A stretch of 64,000 nt of DNA from Candidatus Buchananbacteria bacterium (GTDB lineage: Bacteria > Patescibacteriota > Patescibacteriia > Buchananbacterales > UBA6539), in assembly GCA_013359225.1 (NCBI GenBank), contig JABWCG010000001.1, positions 206,362-270,361 of the forward strand, given 5' to 3'. This document shows positions 1 through 9,224 of the stretch, in pieces. Numbering within the stretch: the stretch's first letter is position 1; the number at the start of each line of letters is the position of its first letter. Under the pieces are notes generated by a model, which saw only the letters and a program-made list of their open reading frames with translations, had not been told where the DNA came from and ran no database searches. Made by a program: the position numbers and the translations under genes.

Positions 1-1
1 T

Positions 2-1165
2 CCGCATGGCAGTTTGGTGGAGTCGATTTTAGAAAGCATCCCCAAGGAACGAATTGATGAGGTGATCTATTTTAATCCAGCCGATACCAACCGACCGATT
101 GGTTTGAATATGTTGGAAGCTGAGACTATTGAACAACAGGATTTTGCCATTCAGGAATTAATCGCTATTTTTTATAAATTGGTCACTGATCCGTCAATGA
201 TTGGCCCGATGTTTGAACATAACATGAGAAATGCCATGCTGACTTTAATGGCGGATAAAAAGGACCCTGGTACGATTGTAGAAATCCCTCGAATTTTTAC
301 CGATCGTGAATTTCAGCGCTATAAGCTCGGTAAAGTTACTGATCCGATGGTTCGTTCGTTCTGGGAACAAGAAATGGCGAAAACTTCCGATTTTCATAAG
401 TCGGAAATGCTTGGCTACTTGATTTCAAAGATTGGCCGGTTTATTGAAAACAGCATGGTTCGTAACATTATTGGCCAGCCGAAATCCGGGTTTAATTTCC
501 GGGAAATTATGGATCAGCAAAAAATTCTCCTGGTTAACTTGTCAAAGGGGCGAGTGGGTGAGGTAAATAGCAACTTGCTTGGATTAATTATTGTTGCAAA
601 ATTACAAATGGCGGCGCTGTCGCGCACTGATATTCCGGAAAACACCAGGCAGGATTTTTATTTGTATATTGATGAATTCCAAAATTTCATTACTGACAGC
701 GTGGCAACAATTTTAGCGGAAGCCAGAAAATACAAACTGAATTTGATTTTGGCTCATCAGTATATTGGTCAACTGACTGAAGGTTCGGGGCCGGAAGGCA
801 AGAGCTACGGTGATAAAATTAAAGACGCAATTTTTGGGAATGTCGGCACATTGATGTCATTTCGAATTGGTGTTGAAGATGCGGAAGTTATTGCCAAACA
901 GATGGCGCCGGTTGTTGATGAATATGACTTGATGAATATTGAGAAATTTAATGCTTATATCAGGCTTTTGGTTGATAACCAGCCACGAAAAGCTTTCAAC
1001 ATTCACACGTTTCCGCCCGCTCATGGCGACGTGCGGGGTGTTGAGGATATTATTGAGTTTTCGCGTTTTAAATACGGTCGTGATCGCCAGCAAATTGAAA
1101 CTGAGATTGTTAAACGCAGTCGCTTAGGGATAACTGGTACCCAATCCGTTGAAAGGTCTTTATAA
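2..1165 (+). CDS. VirB4/TraG-like (HerA-FtsK superfamily) ATPase, C-terminal part; runs off the left edge
   Basis: Frame is open from base 2 (PHGSLVES, the tail of a DPHG motif). Walker B FYLYIDEFQNF, plus LAEARKY and LAHQY motifs. Confidence 0.8.
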   Translation, partial: PHGSLVESILESIPKERIDEVIYFNPADTNRPIGLNMLEAETIEQQDFAIQELIAIFYKLVTDPSMIGPMFEHNMRNAMLTLMADKKDPGTIVEIPRIFTDREFQRYKLGKVTDPMVRSFWEQEMAKTSDFHKSEMLGYLISKIGRFIENSMVRNIIGQPKSGFNFREIMDQQKILLVNLSKGRVGEVNSNLLGLIIVAKLQMAALSRTDIPENTRQDFYLYIDEFQNFITDSVATILAEARKYKLNLILAHQYIGQLTEGSGPEGKSYGDKIKDAIFGNVGTLMSFRIGVEDAEVIAKQMAPVVDEYDLMNIEKFNAYIRLLVDNQPRKAFNIHTFPPAHGDVRGVEDIIEFSRFKYGRDRQQIETEIVKRSRLGITGTQSVERSL

Positions 1166-1166
1166 T

Positions 1167-1697
1167 ATGGCTAGTGCTGCCTTTTTATTTTGGTTATTTT
1201 TCATCCCGTTTATTCTGTTGGGTTTGGGAACGTTTGCTTTGGGTGGTGTGTTAGCCGCACCATGGGTGCCGCTTTGGAAAAAAGATGTTCGTCGAATGTT
1301 GGAATTGGCCGAAGTAAAGCCAGGCGAAACAGTGTACGATTTAGGTGCCGGTGACGGCCGAATTATCATTATTGCTGCTAAAGAATTTGGCGCAACCGCA
1401 ACCGGTTTTGAGGTTGCAGTCTTGCCATTTCTGTGGGGTTATATTAAAATAAAGGTACTTGGCTTAAGTAAGAAAGCTAAGCTTAAGTATAATAATTTTT
1501 TCAATCAGGATTTGAGTCAGGCGGACGTTATTTGTGTATTCCTGACACCGGAAGCAATGAAAAAATTGAAACCAAAATTTCAAAAAGAAAAAAATAAAAA
1601 TTGTCGCATCGTTTCCTACGCCTTCAAAATTCCTGATTGGGAGCCGGAGAAAGTGAGTAAAGGGCCTGGAGAAACGTCCATTTATCTGTATCGGTAG
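1167..1697 (+). CDS. Membrane-anchored class I SAM-dependent methyltransferase
   Basis: N-terminal hydrophobic helix, APWVP, motif I VYDLGAGDGR. ATG 1167 lies just after the upstream stop. Confidence 0.8.
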   Translation: MASAAFLFWLFFIPFILLGLGTFALGGVLAAPWVPLWKKDVRRMLELAEVKPGETVYDLGAGDGRIIIIAAKEFGATATGFEVAVLPFLWGYIKIKVLGLSKKAKLKYNNFFNQDLSQADVICVFLTPEAMKKLKPKFQKEKNKNCRIVSYAFKIPDWEPEKVSKGPGETSIYLYR

Positions 1698-1735
1698 GTC
1701 AAAATAAAAAAAATCAAAAAGGGGCAAAAAATAAA

Positions 1736-2347
1736 ATGACTGGAAAAATTAAAAAAAATACCCAAGACGACATTGACATTGAAGAGCTAAACGAAGAAGA
1801 GGTGCTTCGTCATTTAGATTTGCTTCGCGATATTTTAGAAAATACTCAGGCCAATATTAAAAAAACTTTGAATTTATTAAAAGAACGACATATTGATTCA
1901 GAGAGTCTTTTGCGAACTTTGCAGGATGCTAATGAGGCATCAAAGGGGTTTATCGGTACGGATAACGGCAGCGAACGAATCATTGAAGGGGTGTTTAATG
2001 GTGAAAAAATGGTCGGTGGTGACGGACTTGAATATAACATGCCGGCAAATTATGCTTCAAAGTCTAAGCTGGTTGAAGGCGACATATTAAAATTAACCAT
2101 CACGAAGGATGGTTCTTTTGTTTATAAACAAATTGGTCCGGTGGAACGCAAACAGATGGTTGCTACTTTGGCTCAAGATCAGGCAAATAGTGAATGGTAT
2201 GCTGTTGACGGTAAAAAACGGTGGAAACTTTTAACCGCTTCAGTTACTTACTTTCACGGCATGCCGGGCGATGAGGTGGTAATTTTAGTTCCAAAAGAAG
2301 GGGGTAGCCGCTGGGCGGCGGTTGAAAATATAATCAAGTCTTCTTAG
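1736..2347 (+). CDS. Conserved hypothetical protein
   Basis: 203-aa ORF with helical N-terminus and EGVFNGEKM...PANYASKSKLVEGD block; no function recognisable. Confidence 0.7.
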   Translation: MTGKIKKNTQDDIDIEELNEEEVLRHLDLLRDILENTQANIKKTLNLLKERHIDSESLLRTLQDANEASKGFIGTDNGSERIIEGVFNGEKMVGGDGLEYNMPANYASKSKLVEGDILKLTITKDGSFVYKQIGPVERKQMVATLAQDQANSEWYAVDGKKRWKLLTASVTYFHGMPGDEVVILVPKEGGSRWAAVENIIKSS

Positions 2348-3183
2348 GCAATCGTGACAATGACAATCCGATCTAGTTTGGCTAGGTCTTTTTTTATGTC
2401 AATTTTTGCTTTGGGAAATTGCCGGCGGATAATCTGAGTAATGAGACGACTTTGGGTCGGATCAATCTCGATGATAATGGTTTTGGGTTTAACATGGTAT
2501 TTCTTAACTTGTTTGAATAATTCTTCGTACTTGGTTAATCCAGAGTTTGTCGTATATAAGGCAATTTTTGGTTCATAGGATAAACCTTTTTGCTGTTGGA
2601 CAGAAAGGTTTTTCCAAATTTTTGTGCTGCCGTACGGCAAATTTGACACGATGATGTCAATTTTTTTGTTTTTTAGCGGCAGGAGCAAATTGCCTTTAAA
2701 AAATTTGATGTCAGTTTGATGGCGGCGGTTATTCTTTTTGGCAATTGTCAGGGCTTTTGCGGAAATGTCCGTGGCGTAGATTTTGGCGTTGGGCAATTGT
2801 TTAGCCAGTACTATACTGATACAGCCCGAACCGGTGCCAATATCGGCAATGGTAACACTTCTTTTTTTTACCAGGTTGATTGCTTCTTCGGCCAGTAATT
2901 CGGTTTCCGGTCGAGGGATAAGGACATCTCGATTAACAAAAAAATCAAGACCAAACCATTCTTTTTCACCGGTTATGTAAGCAATCGGCTCGTGTTTTAT
3001 TCGCCGCTTGATCAGTTGATCAAATTTTTTTTCCTGAGCTTTGGTTAGCAATTTTTCAGGATAAGTGTAGAAGAATTCTTTTGGTTTTTTTAAAACAAAA
3101 GATAATAAAACCTCTGCATCAAGAGAGGCTGATGAACTATTAATTGTGTTCATTGCTCGCGCTAAGGCGCTGGCGATAGTCAT
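2344..3183 (-). CDS. prmC: Release factor glutamine methyltransferase
   Basis: EPIAYITG, VLIPRPETE, DIGTGSGCI, NLPY; directly downstream of prfA; ATG at 3183. Confidence 0.95.
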   Translation of the reverse strand: MTIASALARAMNTINSSSASLDAEVLLSFVLKKPKEFFYTYPEKLLTKAQEKKFDQLIKRRIKHEPIAYITGEKEWFGLDFFVNRDVLIPRPETELLAEEAINLVKKRSVTIADIGTGSGCISIVLAKQLPNAKIYATDISAKALTIAKKNNRRHQTDIKFFKGNLLLPLKNKKIDIIVSNLPYGSTKIWKNLSVQQQKGLSYEPKIALYTTNSGLTKYEELFKQVKKYHVKPKTIIIEIDPTQSRLITQIIRRQFPKAKIDIKKDLAKLDRIVIVTIA

Positions 3184-3184
3184 A

Positions 3185-4228
3185 TTATCGATCGGCTTGT
3201 TTGAGAGCCTCGATGATTGGTTCAATTTTACCATCCATAATCAGTTCAATCTGGTTGAAATTTTGTTTAATACGGTGATCGGTAACACGGTCCTGGGGGA
3301 AATTATAGGTTCTAATTTTTTCCGATCGGTCACCTGAACCAATCTGCAGTTTACGTGATTCGCCCCGCTCCTTGGCAATCCTTTCCTGTTCCGATGCTAA
3401 GATTCGTGAGCGTAAAATTTGGAGCGCTTTGGCCTTATTTTGTTGTTGAGATTTTTCGTCCTGGCAAGAAACTACCGTGCCGGTAGGTAAATGGGTGATT
3501 CGTACTGCTGAGTCAGTGGTATTGACGCTTTGACCGCCGTGTCCGCCTGCTCGAAAAACATCAATTCGTAAATCTTCAAGCTTGATTTCAATGTCAACTT
3601 CCTCAGCTTCCGGTAAGACTGCTACGGTGGCGGCGGAAGTGTGGACCCGGCCGCTTTTTTCGGTTTCCGGGACCCGCTGGACGCGGTGAACACCGCTTTC
3701 ATACTTGAGATTTTTATAAACTTGATTGCCGGCAATTTCAAAAATAACTTCTTTAAAACCGCCAATGCCAATTCGATTAGAGCTTAAAATTTTTGTTTTC
3801 CATTTCTGACTTTCCGCATAGCGGGAATACATCCGAAAAAGCTCTGCCGCAAAGAGTGCTGCTTCATCACCGCCGGTACCGGCCCTGATTTCAATGATAA
3901 TATTTTTTTGATCCATCGGGTCTGGCGGGGTGACGATGTCTAGAATATCTGACTCCAGTTTTGCTTTTAATTCATTGAGGCCGGAAATTTCCTCCTGAGC
4001 AATCATAATTAGATCACTATCTTCGTCTTGGTTAATCGTTGCCTCACTTTCCGCAAGCTGCCGTTCAATTTTCTCCAACTCATTAATTTTTTTAATGGCG
4101 CCTTCAAGCCGGCTGAATTCTTGAGACACGTTTTTTAGCTTTTCGGGATTATTAATCACCGCCGTGTCCGCAAGTTCAAGGCTAAGTTGGTTATACCGTT
4201 CTTTGATTTCGAGGAATTTTTTGTCCAT
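3185..4228 (-). CDS. prfA: Peptide chain release factor 1
   Basis: GGQ motif (GGHGGQSVNTTDSAVR), GVHRVQRVPETE, IRTYNFPQDRVTDHR. Confidence 0.97.
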   Translation of the reverse strand: MDKKFLEIKERYNQLSLELADTAVINNPEKLKNVSQEFSRLEGAIKKINELEKIERQLAESEATINQDEDSDLIMIAQEEISGLNELKAKLESDILDIVTPPDPMDQKNIIIEIRAGTGGDEAALFAAELFRMYSRYAESQKWKTKILSSNRIGIGGFKEVIFEIAGNQVYKNLKYESGVHRVQRVPETEKSGRVHTSAATVAVLPEAEEVDIEIKLEDLRIDVFRAGGHGGQSVNTTDSAVRITHLPTGTVVSCQDEKSQQQNKAKALQILRSRILASEQERIAKERGESRKLQIGSGDRSEKIRTYNFPQDRVTDHRIKQNFNQIELIMDGKIEPIIEALKQADR

Positions 4229-4282
4229 TGTTTTATCTATAACAAAACTCCTTTTAAAAAAGGAGTTTCGCAGTTAGAGTAG

Positions 4283-4576
4283 TTACTGTTCTTTTTTGGA
4301 AGTTTTGGTTCCAGTCTTGGCAGTCCGGCTCTGGCGTTTTGTCTTTTTGCCTTTTCGGGTGCTGGCCGCCGTTTCTTTCTTGGCAAGTCGTTCCTGGAAT
4401 TTTTCAACTCGTCGGGCAGTATCAAGCAGTTTTTGCTTGCCGGTATAAAAAGGATGACACATTGAACAGATTTCAACGTTTAGTTCCTTTTGAGTTGAGC
4501 CAACAGTAAAAGTATTACCGCAGGCACAGGTAACTTTCGCGTCAGAATAATACTTTGGGTGAATTTCTTTTTTCAT
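4283..4576 (-). CDS. rpmE: 50S ribosomal protein L31, Cys-containing type
   Basis: [23 protein letters not shown]; basic C-terminal extension. Confidence 0.95.
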   Translation of the reverse strand: MKKEIHPKYYSDAKVTCACGNTFTVGSTQKELNVEICSMCHPFYTGKQKLLDTARRVEKFQERLAKKETAASTRKGKKTKRQSRTAKTGTKTSKKEQ

Positions 4577-4618
4577 GAATTTAACACTACCACATTGGCT
4601 TAATTTTGACAAGAGCGG

Positions 4619-5017
4619 CTATTTTTTCCGCTCTTTTAAGGCTTTTGAATGCATGGTGATGGCAAAGGTGCCAATAACACTGGTGTAAATAAAGGCAAAT
4701 TCCGCCGGAATTCTGAAACGCCCGTCTGACAGGGGTGCTAAAACGACAAATAGCACCATCATTACTGTCCACACAATGACAAAACCCTCACCCAGGAAGC
4801 GGGAGGCAAAATTATTTTGCCAGCGGCTGTATTCTTTGTCACTGACGTAGATTCCCAAGATGATGAGGTAAATTACCCCTATAGCGCTGACGGAAGTGTC
4901 ATAGCCGTTTCCAGAAATAAAATCGACCATAAACATTGTTATGGTGACGATGGTCCAGAGGTTCAAAATTCCTTTAAGAATCAACCGGTGACGAATGGTC
5001 GCGTTGTGTTTGTTCAT
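4619..5017 (-). CDS. Hypothetical membrane protein (about 4 TM)
   Basis: Four hydrophobic segments; ATG 5017 (MNKHNA). Confidence 0.7.
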   Translation of the reverse strand: MNKHNATIRHRLILKGILNLWTIVTITMFMVDFISGNGYDTSVSAIGVIYLIILGIYVSDKEYSRWQNNFASRFLGEGFVIVWTVMMVLFVVLAPLSDGRFRIPAEFAFIYTSVIGTFAITMHSKALKERKK

Positions 5018-5096
5018 AAATCCATTGGTATTGTAGCATTTTTTTGGGCAATTTGCCACTCAAAGAAGGCAGGGGGAAGGAAGGCCTCCTTTTGTC

Positions 5097-5125
5097 TTGA
5101 CAAGTTTTTTTTGAATCGCTACTAT
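5097..5125 (+). promoter_or_regulatory. sigma70-type promoter of the hrcA operon
   Basis: TTGACA (5097-5102), 17-nt spacer, TACTAT (5120-5125). Confidence 0.8.
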
Positions 5126-5129
5126 AGAA

Positions 5130-5156
5130 TTAGCACTCTTAAAGGTAGAGTGCTAA
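5130..5156. promoter_or_regulatory. CIRCE element (HrcA operator)
   Basis: Exact TTAGCACTC-N9-GAGTGCTAA just upstream of hrcA. Confidence 0.98.
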
Positions 5157-5169
5157 TCATCACACTATT

Positions 5170-5868
5170 ATGAACGAACGACGCCAGGAACTACTAAAAA
5201 ACATTACGGTTCAATACATAAAAACCGCCCAGCCGGTCAGTTCAAAAGCTATTACCGAGTCTGGTGATTTTGATCTAAGTTCAGCAACGATCAGGAATGA
5301 AATGGCAGAGCTTGAGGCGTCGGGGTACATTTACCATCCTCATACTTCAGCCGGCCGGATGCCAACCGAAAAAGGCTATCAGTATTTTGTTGACAATTTT
5401 TTGAAACCCCAGCCGCCGTCAAAACGACAGCAGGAGATATTGGCTAAATATTTTGAACCAAACGACTTTAATAATTATGCGATTAAATCCGGCGCTAAGG
5501 CGCTGGCAGAAATTTCCAATCAGGCGGTATTCGTAGCTTTTGCAGATAATGATTTTTTTTATACAGGTATTTCAAATCTTTTTTCCCAGCCGGAGTTTGC
5601 TCACCAGCAGTTGATGTATGACCTAACCCGAACAATTGACCATCTTGACAAGGTGATTGGCAAAATTTTTTCAACCATCAGCGAAAATGTGGTGGTGAGT
5701 ATCGGCGCCAAAAATCCATTTGCCCGCGATTGCAGTTCGGTTATTGCCAAATATCGCACTGATAAGATAGAGGGGATGATTGGTATTATTGGACCAATGA
5801 GGATGGATTACCAGAATAATTTTAGCCTGATTAGCTTCAGCCAGCAATTAATCAATAATTTAAAATAA
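5170..5868 (+). CDS. hrcA: Heat-inducible transcription repressor HrcA, short form
   Basis: SSATIRNEMAELE, HTSAGRMPTEKGY, IGIIGPMRMDY; CIRCE upstream. Confidence 0.93.
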   Translation: MNERRQELLKNITVQYIKTAQPVSSKAITESGDFDLSSATIRNEMAELEASGYIYHPHTSAGRMPTEKGYQYFVDNFLKPQPPSKRQQEILAKYFEPNDFNNYAIKSGAKALAEISNQAVFVAFADNDFFYTGISNLFSQPEFAHQQLMYDLTRTIDHLDKVIGKIFSTISENVVVSIGAKNPFARDCSSVIAKYRTDKIEGMIGIIGPMRMDYQNNFSLISFSQQLINNLK

Positions 5869-6363
5869 ATGACTACGCCACATGATATTCCGGACCGTGA
5901 TGAAAAAAGTTTAGAAACGGAAGTTGAAGAGTTAAAACATAAAATGCAAGAGTACCTTGACGGTTGGCGCCGTGCTAAAGCCGATTACTCCAATTTGAAA
6001 AAAGAGTCGGAAAAGCGGGTGCAGGAAATGGCTCAATTTGCTAACGCCGCCCTGCTGGCTGAATTGTTACCAATCTTTGACCATTTTAAATTGGCGTTGC
6101 AACACGTGCCCGATGATCAAAAAACCGCGGATTGGGTGGTGGGACTTGGTCATATTAAAAATCAATTTCAGGAATTTTTTAAGCGACTAGGAATTGAGGA
6201 AATTCAAACAGTTGGCCAGAAATTTGATCCTCAGCTTCATGAAGCGCTAGTGACTGAAAAACGTGACGGTGTGTCAAGCGGCATTATTGTTGAAGAGGTG
6301 AAGTCAGGCTATACATTGCATAATAAAGTAATTAACCCGGCACAAGTCAAAGTTGCCGAATAA
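5869..6363 (+). CDS. grpE: Nucleotide exchange factor GrpE
   Basis: RAKADYSN, FDPQLHEA, GYTLHNKVINPAQVKV. Confidence 0.95.
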   Translation: MTTPHDIPDRDEKSLETEVEELKHKMQEYLDGWRRAKADYSNLKKESEKRVQEMAQFANAALLAELLPIFDHFKLALQHVPDDQKTADWVVGLGHIKNQFQEFFKRLGIEEIQTVGQKFDPQLHEALVTEKRDGVSSGIIVEEVKSGYTLHNKVINPAQVKVAE

Positions 6364-6395
6364 AATAATTAATAATTAATTTTAAGGAGGTAGAT

Positions 6396-6821
6396 ATGCC
6401 TATCATTAAATGGACGCCATTCCTTGAGCCATTTGAGGAAATGGAAAAATTTATCTCCGACCACGGTGCTTCGGGGTTTGCCCCAGCCATTGATGTCTAT
6501 GAAACAAAAGACAATGTTGTGGTGGAAGCGCCGCTGGCCGGAATTGACCCAAAAGACGTCGAAATTTCAATTGAAAACGATGTCTTAACGATCAAGGGTA
6601 AAGTTAAGCGGGAATCAGAGGTTGACGATAAAAATTATTACCGCAAAGAAATTCGCTCGGGAAGTTTCTTTCGTTCAGTGGCTTTGCCGGCTCATGTTGT
6701 TTCAGCGGACGCGGAGGCCGAGTCGATTGAGGGGTTGTTAAAGATCACCATTCCAAAAGCGCCGGAAGCAAAACCAAAAACGATTAAAGTAAAAGTGGCG
6801 CCGCCAAAAGACAAGAAGTAA
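6396..6821 (+). CDS. Hsp20/alpha-crystallin small heat-shock protein
   Basis: PAIDVYET, GSFFRSVALP, GLLKITIPK; strong SD AAGGAGG. Confidence 0.93.
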   Translation: MPIIKWTPFLEPFEEMEKFISDHGASGFAPAIDVYETKDNVVVEAPLAGIDPKDVEISIENDVLTIKGKVKRESEVDDKNYYRKEIRSGSFFRSVALPAHVVSADAEAESIEGLLKITIPKAPEAKPKTIKVKVAPPKDKK

Positions 6822-6946
6822 TTTTTTCATCCGGCTCACCGCCCAGCCTCTAGCCGCTGGGCGGGTCCGGACCGGGTAATTAAAACATTAGTTAATCGGT
6901 CCGGGGTATATTAATCAATAATTAAAATAATTAATCATTAAATACT

Positions 6947-8833
6947 ATGGGAAAAATTCTAGGAATTGATTTAGGAACGACAAACTCAGCGATGGCTGTC
7001 GTTGAAGGTGGCGAACCAAAAATCATCGAAAATGCCGAAGGCAACCGAACCACGCCGTCAATGGTGGCAATCAGCAAATCAAACGAGCGGCTGGCCGGAC
7101 AGCTGGCGAAGCGCCAGGCAGTTACTAATCCGGAAAATACACTTTTTTCGGTTAAGCGTTTGATTGGCCGACGTTGGGAAGACGCCGAGGTACAAAAAGA
7201 CGTTAAGTTAATGCCGTATAAGATTGTTAAAAGCGGCGACGGCGTTAAAGTGAAAATGAAAGATAAGGAGTACACGCCACAGGAAATTTCTGCGATGGTT
7301 TTGCAGAAATTAAAAGCGGACGCGGAAAGTAAGCTTGGTGAAAAAATTACTGAAGCGATTATTACCGTACCGGCCTATTTTAACGATGCGCAGCGTCGCG
7401 CCACTAAAGATGCCGGTGAAATCGCCGGTTTGACTGTCAGGCAGATTATCAACGAACCGACCGCCGCAGCCTTAGCGTACGGCTTTGCCAAAAAGAAAGG
7501 GCAAAAGATTGTTGTGTATGATTTAGGTGGTGGTACTTTTGACGTTTCAGTCTTGGAAGTTTCGGAAGACACGGTTGAGGTTAAATCAACTAATGGGGAC
7601 ACTCACTTGGGTGGTGATGACTTTGACCAGGTAATTATTGAATGGGTAATTAGTGAATTTAAAAAAGAAAATGGCATTGATCTTGGTAAGGATCCGTTGG
7701 CGTTACAGCGCATTAAAGAGTCGGCGGAAAAGGCTAAGATTGAACTTTCTACGGCTCAAGAATCAGAAATCAACCAGCCATTCATTACTACTGACAGTAG
7801 CGGACCAAAGCACTTGGTGATGAAATTGACCCGCGCAAAGCTAGAAGAATTAGTCGGCGGATTGGTTGAGCGAACGCTCGAACCGTGTAAGGCGGCTTTG
7901 AAAGATGCCAAACTTGAAGCTAAAGACATTGAAGAGGTGATTTTGGTCGGCGGTATGACCCGCATGCCATTGGTTCAAAAAACCGTTGAAAAACTTTTTA
8001 ACAAGAAACCAAACATCTCAGTTAACCCGGATGAAGTAGTGGCGCTGGGGGCGGCAGTGCAGGCTGGAGTCTTGCAGGGCGATGTTAAAGACGTACTGTT
8101 GCTTGATGTTACGCCGTTAACTTTGGGACTAGAAACCTTGGGTCGGGTGATGACGCCGTTAATTGAGCGAAACACCACGATTCCAAGTTCAAAATCTCAG
8201 GTGTTTTCAACCGCCGCTGACAATCAGCCAAGCGTTGAAATTCATGTTTTGCAAGGTGAGCGGCCGATGGCTCCGGACAACAAAACGCTCGGACGCTTTA
8301 TTCTTGACGGTATTCCACCGGCACCACGCGGCGTGCCGCAGATCGAAGTTACCTTTGACATTGATGCTAATGGTATTTTAAACGTTAGTGCTAAAGATAA
8401 AGGCACTGGCAAAGAACAAAAGATTACTATCACCGCCAGTTCCGGTTTGTCCAAAGAAGAAATTGAAAAAATGAAACGAGACGCTGAAAGTCATGCTGAG
8501 GAAGATAAGAAAAAGAAAGAGCTGGCTGAAACCAGAAATATTGCCGAGACGTTGATTTTTTCCACGGAGAAAGCCTTAAAAGATGCCGGTGATAAAATTC
8601 CGGCGGACCAGAAAAAACCGATTGAAGAAAAAATTGAGGCACTTAAAAAAGTTAAAGACGGGGATGATTTGGACGCCATTAAAAAAGCGAGCGAGGAATT
8701 AAGTACGGAAGCGCAAAAGATTGGTCAGGCGATGTATGGTTCGGCTCAGCCCAATGCCGATCAGTCTCAGGCCGAACCCGGGGCCGGTACTAAGGGTGAA
8801 GCGGTCGAAGGTGAAGTTGAAGACGCAAAGTAA
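6947..8833 (+). CDS. dnaK: Chaperone DnaK (Hsp70)
   Basis: [25 protein letters not shown], linker DVLLLDV. Confidence 0.99.
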   Translation: MGKILGIDLGTTNSAMAVVEGGEPKIIENAEGNRTTPSMVAISKSNERLAGQLAKRQAVTNPENTLFSVKRLIGRRWEDAEVQKDVKLMPYKIVKSGDGVKVKMKDKEYTPQEISAMVLQKLKADAESKLGEKITEAIITVPAYFNDAQRRATKDAGEIAGLTVRQIINEPTAAALAYGFAKKKGQKIVVYDLGGGTFDVSVLEVSEDTVEVKSTNGDTHLGGDDFDQVIIEWVISEFKKENGIDLGKDPLALQRIKESAEKAKIELSTAQESEINQPFITTDSSGPKHLVMKLTRAKLEELVGGLVERTLEPCKAALKDAKLEAKDIEEVILVGGMTRMPLVQKTVEKLFNKKPNISVNPDEVVALGAAVQAGVLQGDVKDVLLLDVTPLTLGLETLGRVMTPLIERNTTIPSSKSQVFSTAADNQPSVEIHVLQGERPMAPDNKTLGRFILDGIPPAPRGVPQIEVTFDIDANGILNVSAKDKGTGKEQKITITASSGLSKEEIEKMKRDAESHAEEDKKKKELAETRNIAETLIFSTEKALKDAGDKIPADQKKPIEEKIEALKKVKDGDDLDAIKKASEELSTEAQKIGQAMYGSAQPNADQSQAEPGAGTKGEAVEGEVEDAK

Positions 8834-8849
8834 GATTTAATCAGTGAAA

Positions 8850-8905
8850 TCAGGCGGGGTGACAAGCAAGCCCCGCCTGACACTTTGAAACAACTTTGGT
8901 ATACT
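8850..8905 (+). promoter_or_regulatory. Hairpin after dnaK overlapping a possible internal promoter for DUF3467-dnaJ
   Basis: TCAGGCGGGG/CCCCGCCTGA stem (8850-8880); CTGACA(8877)-17-TATACT(8900). Confidence 0.5.
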
Positions 8906-8930
8906 AAGGAGATAAAATATTAAAAATCAT

Positions 8931-9215
8931 ATGACACAAACTCCAGAGCAAAAAATTCAAATTCGCGATACATTTGCCGGTGCGGAATATGCTAACGCGA
9001 TGCAGGTTGGATACAGTAAGGAAGAATTTATGCTGACGTTTTTGAATATCGCCGGCCCAACCGGACGGGTAGTGGGAAAAATCATGACTAATCCTGGACA
9101 CCTTAAACGTTTGATTAAAGCACTGGAAGAAAGTTTGAAGAAGTATGAAGGCAGTTTTGGCAAAGTTCAGGAAGCGGAAAGCCCTAAGCAAGAAATTGGT
9201 TTTCGAACGGAGTAA
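8931..9215 (+). CDS. DUF3467-like small protein
   Basis: YANAMQV..SKEEFMLTF and PGHLKRLIKAL...YEGSFG pattern. Confidence 0.75.
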   Translation: MTQTPEQKIQIRDTFAGAEYANAMQVGYSKEEFMLTFLNIAGPTGRVVGKIMTNPGHLKRLIKALEESLKKYEGSFGKVQEAESPKQEIGFRTE

Positions 9216-9224
9216 CGGCGCGTT

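Noticed and set aside
1736-2347. Ribosomal protein L7/L12 label that I recall being attached to similar proteins
   Set aside because: No L7/L12 motifs are visible; left as hypothetical.
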